Source: Felis catus
Lineage: Eukaryota
Direction of reading: 5' to 3'
NCBI RefSeq assembly: GCF_018350175.1
Contig: NC_058383.1
Coordinates: forward strand, 24,244,001-24,308,000
DNA length: 64,000 bases
Below, piece by piece: positions 11,940 through 25,325 of the stretch; within the stretch, counting starts at the first letter, position 1; the number at the start of each line of letters is the position of its first letter. Both the position numbers and the translations under genes were made by a program. Below the pieces are notes generated by a model. It searched no databases, had not been told where the DNA came from, and saw only the letters and a program-made list of their open reading frames with translations.

Positions 11940-14135
11940 ACAAATTTTAGGATTATTTTTTCTAGCTCTGTGAAAAATTCTAGTGGTATTTTGATAGGGA
12001 TTGTATTGAATGTGTTGCTTTGGGTAGTATAGATGCTTTAACAATTTGTCCTACCAATCCATGAGCATGGAATGTTATTCCATTTCTTTGTGTCTCTTCA
12101 GTTTCTTTCATTAGTGTTTTGTAGTTTTCAGAATACAGATCTTTTACCTCTTTGGTTAGGTTTATTCCTAGGTATCTTATGGTTTTTGGTGCAATTATAA
12201 ATGGAATCGATTCCTTGATTGCTATTTTTGATGCTTCATATTTGGTGTATAGAAATGCAACAGATTGCTGTATGTTGATTTTGTGTCATGTGACTTTATC
12301 GAATCATCCTATGACTTTGTGTATCAGTTCCAGCAATTTTTTTGGTAGAATCTTTCGGGTTTTCAATATAGGGTATCATGTCATCTGCAAATAATGGAAG
12401 TTTGACTTCTTCCTTGCTGATTTGGATGCCCTTTATTTTTGTTGTCTGTTGAGGCAAGGACTTCCAGTTCTATGTTAAATAACAGTGGTGAGAGGGGACA
12501 CCTGTCTTATTCCTTAGCTGTGGGTTTTTTTTGTAGATAGCCTTTACTATGTTGAGGTATGTTCCCTCTATCCCTCCTTTGTTGAGGGTCTTTATCATGA
12601 TTGGATGTTGTACTTTGTCAAAAGCTTCTTTTCTGCATCTATTGAGAAGATCATATGGTTCTTATCAATTCTTTTATTAATGTGGTATATCACATTGATT
12701 TGCAAATATTGAACCACCTTTGCAACCCAGGAATAAATCCCACTTGATTGTGATGAATGATTCTTTTAATGTTCTGTTGGATTCAATTTACTAATATTTT
12801 ATTGAGAATTTCTACATCCATGTTTATCAGGGATATTGGCCTATAGTTCTCTTTTTCAGTGGAATATTTGTGCAGTTTTGGAATCAGGGTAACATTGGAC
12901 TTCTTACACCATACACAAAAAATGGATGAAAGATCTAACTGTGAGACAGAAAACCACAAAAATCCTGCAGGGGAACACACCTCTTTGACATCGACCTCTT
13001 TGACATTGGCCATAGCAACTTCTTACTTGATATGTCTTATGAGGTAAGGGTAACAAAGCAAAAATAAACTTTTCATTGGGACCTCATCAAGATAAAAAGC
13101 TTCTGCACAGCGAAGGAAACAATAAACAAAACTAAAAGGCAACCTTCAGAATGAGAGAAGATATTTGCAAATGACATATTTGATAAATAGTATCTAAAAT
13201 CCATAAAGAACTTAACAAACTCAACACCCAAAAGACAAAAGAAGAAGACTTGAATAGACATTTTTCCAAAGAAGACATCAAGGCAGCTAACAGACACATC
13301 AAAAGATGCTGAACATCACTCATCATTGGGAAATGCAAATCAAAACTACAATGAGATATCACCTCACACTAGCCAGACTGGATAAAACTAACAACACATG
13401 AAACACCAGGTGTTGGAGAGGATGCAGAGAAAGAGGAACCCTCATGCATTGTTAGGAATGCAAACTGGTGCAGCCATTCTACAAAACAGTATTTAAAAAG
13501 TTAAAAATAGAACTACTCTATGAGCCAGCAATTACACTACTATGTATTTACCCAAAGGATAGAAAAATACTCATTTGAAGGGATATATGTACCCCTATGT
13601 TTATAGCAGCATTATCAATAGCCAAATTATGGAAAGAGCCCAATGTCCATCAACTGATGAATGTATAAAGAAAGGTGGTGTGTATATATATACATATGTA
13701 TACACACACACAATAGAATATTACTCAGCCATCAAAAAGAATGAAATCTTGCCATTTGCATTGAAGTGGATGGAGCTAGAGAGTATTATGCTAAGTGAAG
13801 TAAGTCAAAGAAAGACAAATACTACATGATTTCACTCATATGTGGAAATTAAGAAACAAAACACATGAACATAGGGGTGAGAAAAACAAGAGGCAAACCA
13901 GGAAACAGAGTTTTAACTATAGAGAACAAACTGAAGGTCCTGGAGGGGAGGTAGGTGGGAATGATGGGTTAATTCAGTGATAGGCATTAAGGAGGGCATT
14001 TGTTATGATAAGCACTGGCTGTTGTATATAAGTGATTAATCACTAATTCTATATCTGAAACTAATACTACACTGTATGTTAATGAGCTGGAATTTAAATA
14101 AAAACTTGAAAGAAAAGATAAAAAATAAAAAATAA
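11940..14135 (+). mobile_element. 5'-inverted (twin-primed) truncated L1: minus segment about 11940-12897, plus segment about 12897-14135 with 3' tail
   Basis: Strand switch at gggtaacat-tgg-acttcttacacc; plus segment ends in an L1 3'UTR and A-rich tail; TSD not resolvable in A-rich flanks. Confidence 0.82.
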
Positions 14136-14597
14136 GACAAATTTTATTAAGTATAGAATGAAAATATTAAAAACTAACAACAACAAAACACAAAACTTCA
14201 GCTTGTTTTCTGTGCCCCGGCACCACAGAACAGCTGGCATGGGCTTGTGGACCCTGGGCTCACTTAGGTTGCAAGCTCACCATGAGCCAAACCTTGCTCT
14301 GGTCTGGAGGTGGAGGTGGGTAAGAATGTTCCCAGAGTTCCTCAGCCCTTTTAAACCAAGGCTTTTTTTCCCCCTATGCCCAGTGTGACTGGGGCTGGTG
14401 TGAGAGTTTCAGGATCCTGATCAGAGGGACTGAGGAGTTTATGTTCTCATCCCACCTTGGAAGACTGGACCAGAGCAGAGTCGGGATATCATAGCAAGTG
14501 GGTTGGTCATCTCAATGTGATCTTGATGTGATGTAGCTCCTCCATTGCTTAGCACAATTCTAGTGTTGTCTCTTTTATAGGTAGTTGCCTTTTTAAA

Positions 14598-14599
<2 letters not shown>

Positions 14600-14642
<43 letters not shown>
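14600..14642. repeat. (GT)n microsatellite, about 21 units
   Basis: Read directly from sequence. Confidence 0.97.
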
Positions 14643-14647
<5 letters not shown>

Positions 14648-15477
14648 CTGTGCCCAAGGACAGAAGGATCTATTGTTGGTCTCTCAGAACTATCCTGTCC
14701 CAGTGCTGTTCACAGAGTTGAGGTGGGGGGGTTCCCTTTGTTACCATGTCTCTGTCTCTCTTGCTGTTCTCTTGCCGTTCTCCCTGCCTTAGGCTGGGAG
14801 CTGTTTAGTAGCTGTTTAGCCAACCCTCAGTACTTCTTCAGGAAGAATTGTTCTATTAATAGGTATAATTGGTGTGTTCTGTGGAGGATGGAGTTTAGAG
14901 TCTTCTTATGTTACCATCTTGAACTGGAATTCCTTTATTCAACACTGTGGGTTCAACTTCGGACCATGGTTTTCTGATCTGGATCTTCTCTTTGATTAGA
15001 TGCCACTTCAATTTCAACATCATCCATCATCAGGAGAGGCTAAGATTTCTCTAAACCAGTATTTTTCTCCTTTAAGTTTCATAATCCTTTCTTCTGTTTC
15101 TCTCTCTCCTCTCACATACACTACATTTTACTTAAGGCAACAAGAAGTCAGGCAGCTCCTTCACCAACTCACCTGAAAATATTTCATTTAACCAGCTCAT
15201 TAGTAACATTTTCTGTTTCCCACATTACTGTTAAGTGATGGTGTTGACAGACTTTGTATCTTAAATAACAAGTACTTCTTTCCTCCCAGTTTTCAGTTAA
15301 CAGTTCCTCACTTCCATTCAGACCTTCAAAGGCAACCATCTCCAAGATCACTAGGTTTCTGCTAACAGTCTACTGTAGGCCCTTTAGGCTTCCAGTGTCC
15401 CCTCACTTCCCAATCCTAAAACTACTCCCACATTTATTGGTTTTTTGTTATGGCAGCATCCCATTTTCAGGTACCAA

Positions 15478-15980
15478 TATCTATTTATCTATTGCTCAGT
15501 AATAAATTACCCAAACTTAGTGACTTAAAACAATATTTATTTTTCCTCACAGTTTCTGGCCTCATAAACTCGGGACCTCTGGCTCAGGGTTTGTCTTGAT
15601 TTTGCATTCAAAATGTTGACAAGAGCTACAGTCATCTGAAAGGCTCACTGGGAGTGGAAGACCCACTTTAAAAGTGACTCACTCAACGGGCTGGCAAGTT
15701 TGTTCTGGTTGTTGGAGGAAGGACTCAGTTAATCCCATGTGGGCCTCTCTTCAGTCATTTAGGCGACTGAGTATACTCACAGCATGGCAGTTGACTTAGC
15801 CAGAGTAAACAACCCAAGAGACCAAAGTGAAGCCTCAATGCATTTTATGATTTAGTCTTAGAAAGCAGTCATTTCACTTCTGCAGTTCTTGACTGCTCAT
15901 ACAGGTCAGGCCCATCCAAAGGCATGAAAATCAGGAGATGTGTGTCACTGAGGATCATCTTTGAGGCTGTCTACTACCTT
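15478..15980. mobile_element. MLT1-type MaLR LTR; 14940-15477 may be adjoining internal sequence
   Basis: Characteristic tatctattgct..taataaattacccaaacttagtgacttaaaacaa and cagtcatctgaaaggct..ggaagacccactt motifs. Confidence 0.72.
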
Positions 15981-16899
15981 TTGTGATATAATCTATGTTA
16001 TTTTCCTAGTGGCTAGAAGGAGTTGTCTTGTGGGATGGATATTCAAGGAAGAGAGAAAGAAATCCTAGCCCTGAACAGGGAGGAGTGAACCATTTCTGCA
16101 GGCGAAGGGTTCAGGAGAAAATGGGACTTGAGATTTTTGCATCCTAGATTTCCTATCCTATGTCTCCATAGTCCATTCTCTCCAAATCAATGCCTTAATC
16201 CTGGGAGAGTAGACTTTCCTAAATTAAAATTTTAACTTTTTCTAAAGCTTGCTATTCTTATGATTAAGTCTATGGCTTAGTTCTCAGCTTTTCTGCTCTT
16301 GGGTGCTGGAAATGAAAATCTCTTCATGTGCTTCCTGGAAGGCTGACTAGATTTCAGTTAGCCTCTGATGGTTAATCATAGACACCCTTTAATTTTCTGT
16401 CTCCAGTCTATCAGTTCCCCCCAAAACAGCCACCCATTCCATGGTACCTATAATTACTTCACCCATATTTTTCACATGCTTGATACATGACACCAACTAA
16501 TGGATTTCTTTCCCTGGAATACATCCCAGTTCAACACCTATGGACACTGCACTGCTACCTTGTATCTCATCATCTGCTTTCTCAGTCCACTCAGGTACCA
16601 ACTATCCCTAATTAAGTTCCCTGGGAAGTACACTCTAAGACAGAAGTTAGTATCCAGGAAGTTTACAAAAGATGGAAATTAGCATGGAGGGGTGTTCCTG
16701 AGATCAACATCTGAGTGAAGACAAGAAGGTTTGGGAGAGAGAATAGTTGGGCCAACTCCTCAGGAAATGCATTTGATTCTGTGTGAGGTGACTCTGTTCA
16801 GATGAGGTTATTGTTGGAGAGGGTGGCCAGTATCCACAGTGGCCATGTTTTCAGAGAGTTCAAATGAATAACTTACCCAAAGTGTTTTTCCTCCCCCAC

Positions 16900-17100
16900 T
16901 TATTCTTTAATTACTGTATCATCACCCTATTTGTTTTCCCAATGGCATTGACTGTATGCTGTAATTACCCTGTTTGTTCACTTCTCAACCCACTTTCATT
17001 CATACTAGAATGTAAGCTCCTTGAGAGCATGGGTCTAATCTGGATTTTTCATCATTTATATCCCCAGTGTCAAGAATGAATGAATGAATGAATGAATGGA
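16900..17100 (+). mobile_element. L2 3'-end fragment with (GAAT)n tail
   Basis: tagaatgtaagctccttgagagc motif followed by gaatgaatgaatgaa. Confidence 0.7.
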
Positions 17101-17995
17101 GTGATACATAGAAGGACCTTGGTTCTTCTGGGCATTTTCATGAGAATCTGAGGGAGTCACATCAGAGTGGCTTCTCAGGGAAAATCTGGTAGGAAAATTA
17201 TGAAGAGAGAAATAAGGGGGGGCCAAGGTAACTACAGCTGGGGAAATTGTCACAGACCATGTGTTCCTTAGGCCAACACCCTCCAGCCGTAATCTATACT
17301 GATATCCACAAAAATGTTGGATGTGACTACATTTCCTGAGAAAACCAGGGAAAAGAGTGAGTTTTGCATTTGGGTTAATGTAACCAAAACAGAGAAAGCA
17401 TATAGCATACTGGAGGCAAAGGGTACGACAAGAGTATTCTCATCTCCAAAATTAGCTGAATTAGCATGGAGGGCTTTGGGTTTCCATAGGCTGTGGGGTT
17501 AAGAGTTCAAACCAAGCTTAGGTAGACCTTTGAGAGGCAACGGAATGCCAGCCCATACAGGTTACCTGAATACTACATGCCTACAGTTGGTGCAGATAAA
17601 TTAAGAGATTAAAAGCCCTCCCTTGATGAACTCCTTGACAGGGGAAAGATTACATAATAGATAAATGCAAAGTATTCGTGAACAGAAATTAATGCTTACA
17701 CACTCAAATCATTCATCTCCAATAGACTCTACTTTTTAAAATGAGAGAATTTGTGGAAGATAACATATAGCTTATAGAAAACCTGACTCTATTCTGGGGG
17801 AAGGAGAAAAAGATTTGACTTTTTATTATATACTGAAAAAAAATGATTTTTTTTTATGTTTCTCAAAGATCAAAAGGATGGCTGTGATCTTTTATTAGCA
17901 TGTGATCTTTTTCTTGTATTTCTAGTAATAATCATTTACAGTGAACACTAAACTAAATTTCAGTCCTATCAAGAAGAAAAAATTTGAAACAATAC

Positions 17996-18130
17996 CTTGC
18001 ACAAATGTTTGATTTGGATACCTGCCACCAAATTAGTAGGTTCTGCTTCAAAATACTTGCTTTCATTTGTCTCATAAAATTGCCTTCTTTCCTTTTTTCC
18101 CTTAGATGCTTCCCCAAACCAGTAAGAGTG
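17996..18130 (-). CDS. ABCA coding exon 10 (135 nt): HSYWFGEASKGKKERRQFYETNESKYFEAEPTNLVAGIQIKHLCK
   Basis: Hand translation; acceptor T24-AG, donor AAG|gtattg; linker before NBD1; phase 0 to 0. Confidence 0.94.
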
Positions 18131-18547
18131 CTAAAAAAAAAAAAAAAAAAAAAAAAGAGGGGAATGAATGTGACATTACTGCAATGGTATTGAAAAATGA
18201 TTCATTATAAAATACTCTAGCCTGTTATCTTTTGTACTGAGATGGATTGCTGAAATTTTTTTGTGATTAAATTTTGGAGCTAATTGGTTATAATTTGCAT
18301 TCCCAGGCATAAAAGCAGACTACTCTATTAAAATTATAAGTGTCCAAGAGGGACAAAAGAAAATTACTCCAAAATGAGGTCATGGCAAAAATGATTGTAT
18401 CATTTTTTGTCATATCTTCTCTTAGCAGATAAGGAAAGGAATCAAGAAAAAGAATGAGCCATCATGCTATAGTTCTGACTCCAAGAGATCTGTGCTAACC
18501 AAGGATAAAAAGCAGTCCCCAGATGGGGTACTTAACTAAACTTTTTT

Positions 18548-18586
<39 letters not shown>

Positions 18587-18918
18587 CTAAAGACCCATCC
18601 TATATTACTTTCTTTATGTCCGAGTTTAATCCTTTATGAAATACTTGCCTGTAAATGTGATGGATTACTCAGAGTTTGTAAAGTTTGAGGTAATAGGCCA
18701 TGATCTACAGATTATTTATATTTATATATACTGGATGCTTTAAAGTGTAATAAGAAAAGGCCAGTGAATGGCTGGAGTAAGTAGAATGATTCTTTCACCT
18801 GATCTATTGGTTCAAGTATAGACAGTGCAAAATTAACTCATGGTGGCTTTTACAGAAATTACAATACATATTCATAAGGACTGTGGCCTTTCTCAGTAAC
18901 ACAAGCATTAGAACTCAC

Positions 18919-19097
18919 CAGCAAGAAAAAGTTCCATGGCTTGGGCACACCATACTCCCCTGGAAAGACAGCTTCTATATACCAGGCCACAAGGCCATAT
19001 AAGAAAGCATCAAATAAAAACATTCCCAGTACGTGGGCAAAGCCAAAGTTCTCCATTTTGGGTGGTGAGAAGATGTTGCTCCATTTAATTCCAATTT
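18919..19097 (-). CDS. ABCA coding exon 9 (179 nt): [12 protein letters not shown]...[31 protein letters not shown]
   Basis: Within ORF 18859..19134; acceptor ctcttag|, donor CTG|gtgagt; phase 1 to 0. Confidence 0.95.
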
Positions 19098-19791
19098 CTA
19101 AGAGACAACAGTTGACATTTAATTTAGGTGCCAACCGACACTAAAACAGTTATCCATCTGCATCATAATTAAAGAGTGAAGAGAAAACGTGTTAATATTT
19201 TCTAGAAATTCCTACTATAGTCACTTTCTAATACCACTAGAATTTAGGATATTTGAGAAAGTAATCATTTAAGATGTTTTCTAGTGTGCCAGGAACAATC
19301 AGTTATGAGTGAAACCAAAACAAAATACATATACTAAAAACTCAGGAATATAAGCTTTAAGAAAAATAAGGAAGCCCCTATGGGTTAAGACACTGACTCC
19401 TTTCTCTCAATCCCTCCTCATGCTAAATGTTCACTGGAAAATATAATTTTGGAAAACATAATCATTGAAAAGCAGAAATAAATGCTATCTACAGAAGAGA
19501 AGACTAGAAGAATTTTTGCATAGATATTGCACTGATGAAAAAAGGAAGACTGAAAGGCACTAAAAGCAGACCTGTGCTGCTTCCTCTCCTAACATCAAAG
19601 AGCAGCCAGGAACTCCAAATGGAGTAGCAGACTTGAATAAATTTATGCAGAGAATGTGGAGGAACTCATGTGCTACAGGTGGTGGTATGAAGTAATATCA
19701 TTTTTTGAAGGACAGTTTAACAATATTAATCAACTTTAAAACTGTGAATATCTTATGAGAATACGGCCAAATTTACAAGGTAAATACTCAC

Positions 19792-19965
19792 TCTCCATTT
19801 CTGCCTTGACTAGGAATTTAGTTCCCAGCCCCATTGCGATATTTGAGCTGAGACAGGAAGCCAGCTTCTGGGTGAATGTCATTTCTGCAAAGTTTATAGA
19901 GACAGTAACAACTGGAAAGTAGGTAACGAGATAAATGAAACCTCCAACAGAAACAGCAAAATGTA
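19792..19965 (-). CDS. ABCA coding exon 8 (174 nt): VHFAVSVGGFIYLVTYFP...QKLASCLSSNIAMGLGTKFLVKAEME
   Basis: Hand translation; acceptor ttttatttctag|, donor AGA|gtgagt; phase 1 to 1. Confidence 0.94.
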
Positions 19966-21189
19966 CTAGAAATAAAAAGGAAATTATAAGGTCAATTTAA
20001 GCAATATGCAAAAGCCTCAACTACAAATATTTTGTAGGATGTATGTAATAAAATAAGCACATTGAGAATAAAATTTTTTTGTTCACCATTGCTTCCTCAG
20101 CACATTATATAATACTTGGCACTTCCTAAGTGCTCAAAAGTATTTTTTGAATGAATAAAAGTCTGAAATTAAACATTTTAGTAACTGATTTTTCTGGAAT
20201 TTGTCATTCTATATGTAGTACTATAAATATTATAGCTCTTAATAGAAATTTTACATATTTATTATCACTCAGCATAAAAAAATTATAAATGTAAATACTG
20301 TTATTATGGTATCAGAAAATATCTAGATTCTATTTCCAGATACTATGAGATTCAGTCTATGTCATAATACTGGGGGAAAAGAAGTATACTTGAATAAACA
20401 GAAATACAAAGTTGGTCTTAAAAAGCCAGATATGGTTTAGAATATGAAGAGTTCCAAAAATGTGACTCTGATAAAACACCAAAAAGAAAATCCCTGTTAA
20501 GAAACCAATTAACATCATTGGGAAGCAAAATTTAGCATCTAAATAAAAATTGGATATTATGAAATACAACATATTATCCCACTATTAGGAATGATTCTTG
20601 CTTTTCTTCTTTACCTCACTCTACATACCATATTCACCAACTAGAACAATTATGTTTTATGTACTCATCTTTATGTACATGTCTTATGTACATGTACATC
20701 TTATGTACATGTCTGTTATTTTCTAAAATTAAAATTATACAGAGAATGAGAGGGGACAAATAAGGGATAATAAAGGCAATATATCAGATGCACCTGATAA
20801 AAAAGAATCAAAGTATATACGGCAAAAAGTAACAGATCCTAGAATAAATATGCAAATTTACAACCATAGTAGAAATGTTAACCATCTTTCTCCAGATTAA
20901 CAAACTTGGCCTAAATGAAAATACATGCCAACTACCCCAAACAACCTCATTATATATATTTTTTCAAACAGACTTGGAATATTAATTAAAAAAAAAACCA
21001 GACATTAACTAGGTCATAAAATAAATCCTAACAAATTTTAAAGGATTTAAATTAAGTTGGGAATCAATAACCAGAAGATGACTAAAAAATCCAGTATGTT
21101 GAGAAATTAAGACACACATCTTTGAATAATTCTCAATTAAAGAAGGAAATTACAAGGAAAATTATAAAACATTTTAAAGTAATAGCTCA

Positions 21190-21390
21190 GGGGTGCCTGG
21201 GTGGCTCAGTTGGTTAAGCCTCCGACTGCAGCTCAGGTCATAATCTTGTGAGTTCAAGTTCCATATCAGGCTCTGTGGTGACAGCTCAGAGCCTGGAGCC
21301 TGCTTGGGATTCTGTGTCTCCCTCTCCCTTCCTCTCCCCTGCTCATTTTCTCTCTCTAAAAAAATAAACACTAAAAAAATATTAAAAAAA
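21190..21390 (+). mobile_element. CAN-SINE
   Basis: ggggtgcctgggtggctcag head and A-rich tail. Confidence 0.92.
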
Positions 21391-22216
21391 TAAAGTTAAC
21401 AACCAAAACAAGCTTACTTATCAAAATTTGTGATATGCAAACCAGTACTAAGAGGGAAATGACTAGCCTTAAATTCATTTATTGAAAGAAATAAGACAAA
21501 TATTCACTACCAAAAGCTTTAAAAAATTGCAATAAACACAAAGTTTATGGAACGTAAGGGTAAAGATAAAAGCAGAAATTAGAACAAAACTATAGGTAAG
21601 ACAACCAACAAAGCCAAAAGCTGAATCTCTGTAGAGACTAATAATGCTAATAAACCTGTTATGAAACTGATCAAGAAAAAAGACAGAAGGCACAAATTAC
21701 CAGTACAAAGAGTAAAAAAGGATATATCATGACAGATACTTACAGACATTAAAAACAGAAGAAACACATATTAAATTAATGACATTGCACCAATAAATTT
21801 CAAAACTAAAAGTATAAATTAAAGAAAACAGAACTTACCAAAATTGAAAGAACTAGAAAACCTGAATGTCCTACAGTCATTAAAGAAATTGAATCAATAA
21901 TTAAAATCCTTCTCAGTGCTTTTTCAGCAACTTCTAGCAGATATTCAAAGAGGAAATGATTAGGACACTGCACTGAAATTTCCAGAGAGATAGAGATACA
22001 GAAAAAGAGGATATCCTTCCTAAGTACTTTTATCAAACTACCATAACTTGATATCAAAATCAAACAAAGGCAGTACAAAAAAGGAAATTATAGAGAAATT
22101 TCACTACTGAACATATAGGTAAAAATCTTAAACTAAATATTAGCAAAATGAATCCAGCCTGTATACAAAGGAAAACATATCTTGACAAATTTATTCTAAG
22201 AATATGAGATTGGTAT

Positions 22217-22301
22217 GGGTATTGAGGAGGGCACCTTTTGGGATGAGCACTGGGTGTTGTATGGAAACCAATTTGACAATAAATTTCATATATTGAAAAA
22301 A
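22217..22301 (+). mobile_element. 85-bp L1 3'-end insertion
   Basis: Feline-type L1 terminus with perfect 19-bp TSD aagaatatgagattggtat (22198-22216 and 22302-22320). Confidence 0.95.
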
Positions 22302-22528
22302 AAGAATATGAGATTGGTATAGCATTTAAAAATCAGCTTATATAATGCACATTAAGAAGAAATATATTTTTACCATCTAAATAAATGCAAATTAAAATGT
22401 TAAATAAAGCTCAATATCCTTAGCTCAGATAAAATTCTTAAACAGTAAATGAACAGAATCTTTTTAACCTGATAATTATATATCTATATACTTTAAAAGC
22501 TTCCAGTCACCTTATACCCTAAAAACTT

Positions 22529-23335
22529 GTTGTGGACCCCAATTTTAAAGTAGATGTGTGTGTGTGTGTGGGGGGGGTTCCCCATACCATCAAGCAAGTC
22601 TCCAGGACATTAGCTGGGTGTCACTCAATTTTGACACTATTTATCCCAAGATAGCATCAGATTCCATAGTTTAAGGATTCAGTCCTACAGGGCCATTCCC
22701 CCTACCCTGACTTCAGATGCCAGTCACAAGCCCAGATTATTACCTTTGCTTCTGCTGACTGATTATAGATCAGAGGCTCCAAGGACCACTTCCTTAGGCT
22801 CAATTAATCTGCTAGAGCAGCTCACACAACTCAGAGAAACATGTTACTTACCAGACCATTAGTTTATTTCAAAACAATAGAACACAGGAACTGCCAGATG
22901 GAAAGATGCATAAGATAAGGCATAGCACAAAGGCATGGTGCTTCCTTGTCCTCTCCCATTCCACCACTCTCCCCAAATATTCAGATGTTCACCAAACTGG
23001 AAGCAATCCTAATCCATCCTTTTGGATTTTTATGGAGGCTTCACACATTAAATAGGCACAATTGATTAAATCATCAGTTATCAATGGATGACTGATTCAA
23101 CCTCCAGGCCTTCTCCTGGATGCTGGAGGTCAAGGGAGTGAGACTGAGAGTTCCAATCTTCTAATCACATGGTTGGCTCCTGCGGCAACCATCCCCCATC
23201 CTTAGGTGCTTTCCAAAAGCCACCTCAATACGTAACAAAAGACACCTCTGCTGTTCTCAACACTTCAAAAATTTCAAAGATTTTAAAATCTATGTGCCAG
23301 AAAAGGGGACCAAGACCATATATATATATATATAT
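22529..23335. mobile_element. MER21-like ERV LTR
   Basis: Motifs agctgggtgtc..caattttgacact..gattcagtcctacag..cttcagatgccagtcacaagcccag resemble the MER21 family (from recall). Confidence 0.65.
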
Positions 23336-25118
23336 GGTAAACTGTTAAAATGTTTCTTTTAGGCAGAGAACTCCAAAACTGTATTCTACTAAACAACGAG
23401 TAAACTGACAAATATAAGCTTGATTGGTTCAAGCTGTCAGAATCAGCTGATTTTTTGGAGGTCTGGAATGTTATTTTTAACACTTATAAGCACCAGGGAA
23501 ATGCTTAAATAAAGAAAAAAAGCTGACAACTTTCAGTAAAACAACATTATGGTGTTCTTTTCTTAACTGCCTACCATAACTGACTCCCCAGCTCAGTGCC
23601 AACCGTGGGGATGGTGTCTACCTTCCTGATATGGCTTGCTGTTACCAGAGGGTGCAATACAGACTTGACTCTTAAAGAACTGTGCTTGACTCTTCTGATC
23701 TGCCTGATGGCTCCTTGAGGGATTCCGGAGAAGTGGCTCAAGGACTTCACATTGTTTCACACCCCTCTGAACTTTCTCAAAGCAGAGTCAGCCTCCCAAT
23801 CAGTGTTTGTTGAAAGCATTTAAAGGCAAACACACTTCCCACAGTTGACTGCTGCAAAGGATAACAATGAGAAAAGTAGCAGACACAACAAAAAGCCTGG
23901 GGAAAAAAAGGTGTGAAGAAGAAACACAAGGAAGAATAAGGGCATTAAAAAACTTCCACATATAGTGGAGAATCTAGAAGGCCACTCACATGCTCAGGGT
24001 TGGACAATGTTCAAAACTGACCTGAGAAGACCCTACTCTTTAACCTTGAGCTGACCTTTAGGCTCTGCAAAAGTGAGAAGTGAAGACTAATGCTAAACAT
24101 TGAAAGAGTGCCCAACAGAGAGCCAATCAGAGAGTATACTTTTTTTTTGTGCTCTAGTTAAGGAAATCTGTCAAATTGCTGGCTGACTACTAAACCAACA
24201 GAGCACAGACTTCAGTGATTACATATCAAAATAATACAGTCTTTGTAAAAATAGTTTAGAAAACTCACTAAGTTAATAACTACAATCCACACAACCAACA
24301 ATAAACCATGAAGTTGGGGGAGACATTTCTAGAATTACCACATTACATTATTAATCAAAGACTTTAAATAGAGTGCCCTAAATATGCACAGATACCTAAA
24401 GAAGACTATTAACAAAGAGCTAAAGGAAATAACAAGAATCATATCCCATGAACCAGAAAATATCAATAAAGAGATTTAAATTATAAAAAGACATCAAACA
24501 GAAATTTGGGGGCTTAAACAGAAAACTGAAATGAAAATTTGATTAGAGGGGTTCAACAGTATATATGAGTAGGCAGAAGAAAAAAAATCAGCAAACTGAA
24601 GATAAGACAACTGATATTATGTGATCTGAAAGGCAGAAAAAGAATAAGGAAAGATTAATTGAGCCTAAGAGACCTGTGGGACACCATGAAGGGTACCAGA
24701 AAGTGCATAATTGTGGAGTCATAGAAATTAAAGAGGGAGAGAAAGGGTCAGAGAAATTATATGAAGGAATAATGGCTGAAAAATTCCCAAATTTGATGAA
24801 AGACATAAATGTACAAATCCAAAAAGCTACACAAACTCCAAGTGGAATAAAATCAAAGGAATCAGCACTAAGACACACAAAAATGAGGAAAGTCAAAGAC
24901 AAAAAAAAAAAAAAAAATCTTGAAAGCAGCAAGAGAGAACTGTTTCATAATGTACCAGATTAAAAACCAATTTGCCAGAAAGCTGCAGGCCAGAAGGAGG
25001 TAGAGTGACATTTTTAAAGCATTAAAAGTAAAAATAAACTAAACTGTTAAGCAAGAATTCTGCACACACCAAAACTATCATTCAAGAATGAAGTAGACAT
25101 TAAGAAATTTCCAAATCA

Positions 25119-25325
25119 GGGCACCTGAGTGGCTAGTCGGTTAAGCTTCTGTCTTAGGCTCAGGTTATGATCTTATGGTTTGTGGGTTTGAGCCCCGCAT
25201 TAGGCTCCGTGCTGATAGCTCATACCCTGGAGCCTGCTTTGGTTTCTGTGTCTCCCTCTCTCTCTGCTCCTCCCCACTCATGCTCTGTCTCTCTCTCAAA
25301 AAAAATGAATAAACATTAAAAAAAA
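25119..25325 (+). mobile_element. CAN-SINE
   Basis: 17-bp TSD aagaaatttccaaatca (25102-25118 and 25326-25342). Confidence 0.94.

Larger units (their letters stand above)
9402..14930 (-). mobile_element. Older L1 (5' region, ORF1, EN start, internally deleted), also including 3027-3234; interrupted by an LTR and by younger L1s
   Basis: ORF 9440..9781 ([10 protein letters not shown]...WKDIPCSW); ORF1-like antisense sequence at 10340-10800 and 11284-11760. Ends approximate. Confidence 0.75.
20800..22525 (+). mobile_element. Ancient L1 ORF2 remnant; resumes at about 23340 and at about 33900-35400
   Basis: Highly decayed A-rich ORF2-like sequence (ggtcataaaataaatcct, aaaaggaaattatag, ttagcaaaatgaatccagc). 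Confidence 0.7.

Noticed and set aside
17566..17633. Exon-like segment (tgtcaag|GAGTTC...TTCAG|gtaacc) as the missing Walker A exon
   Set aside because: Too short, has an in-frame TAA, and lacks the GHNGAGK motif.
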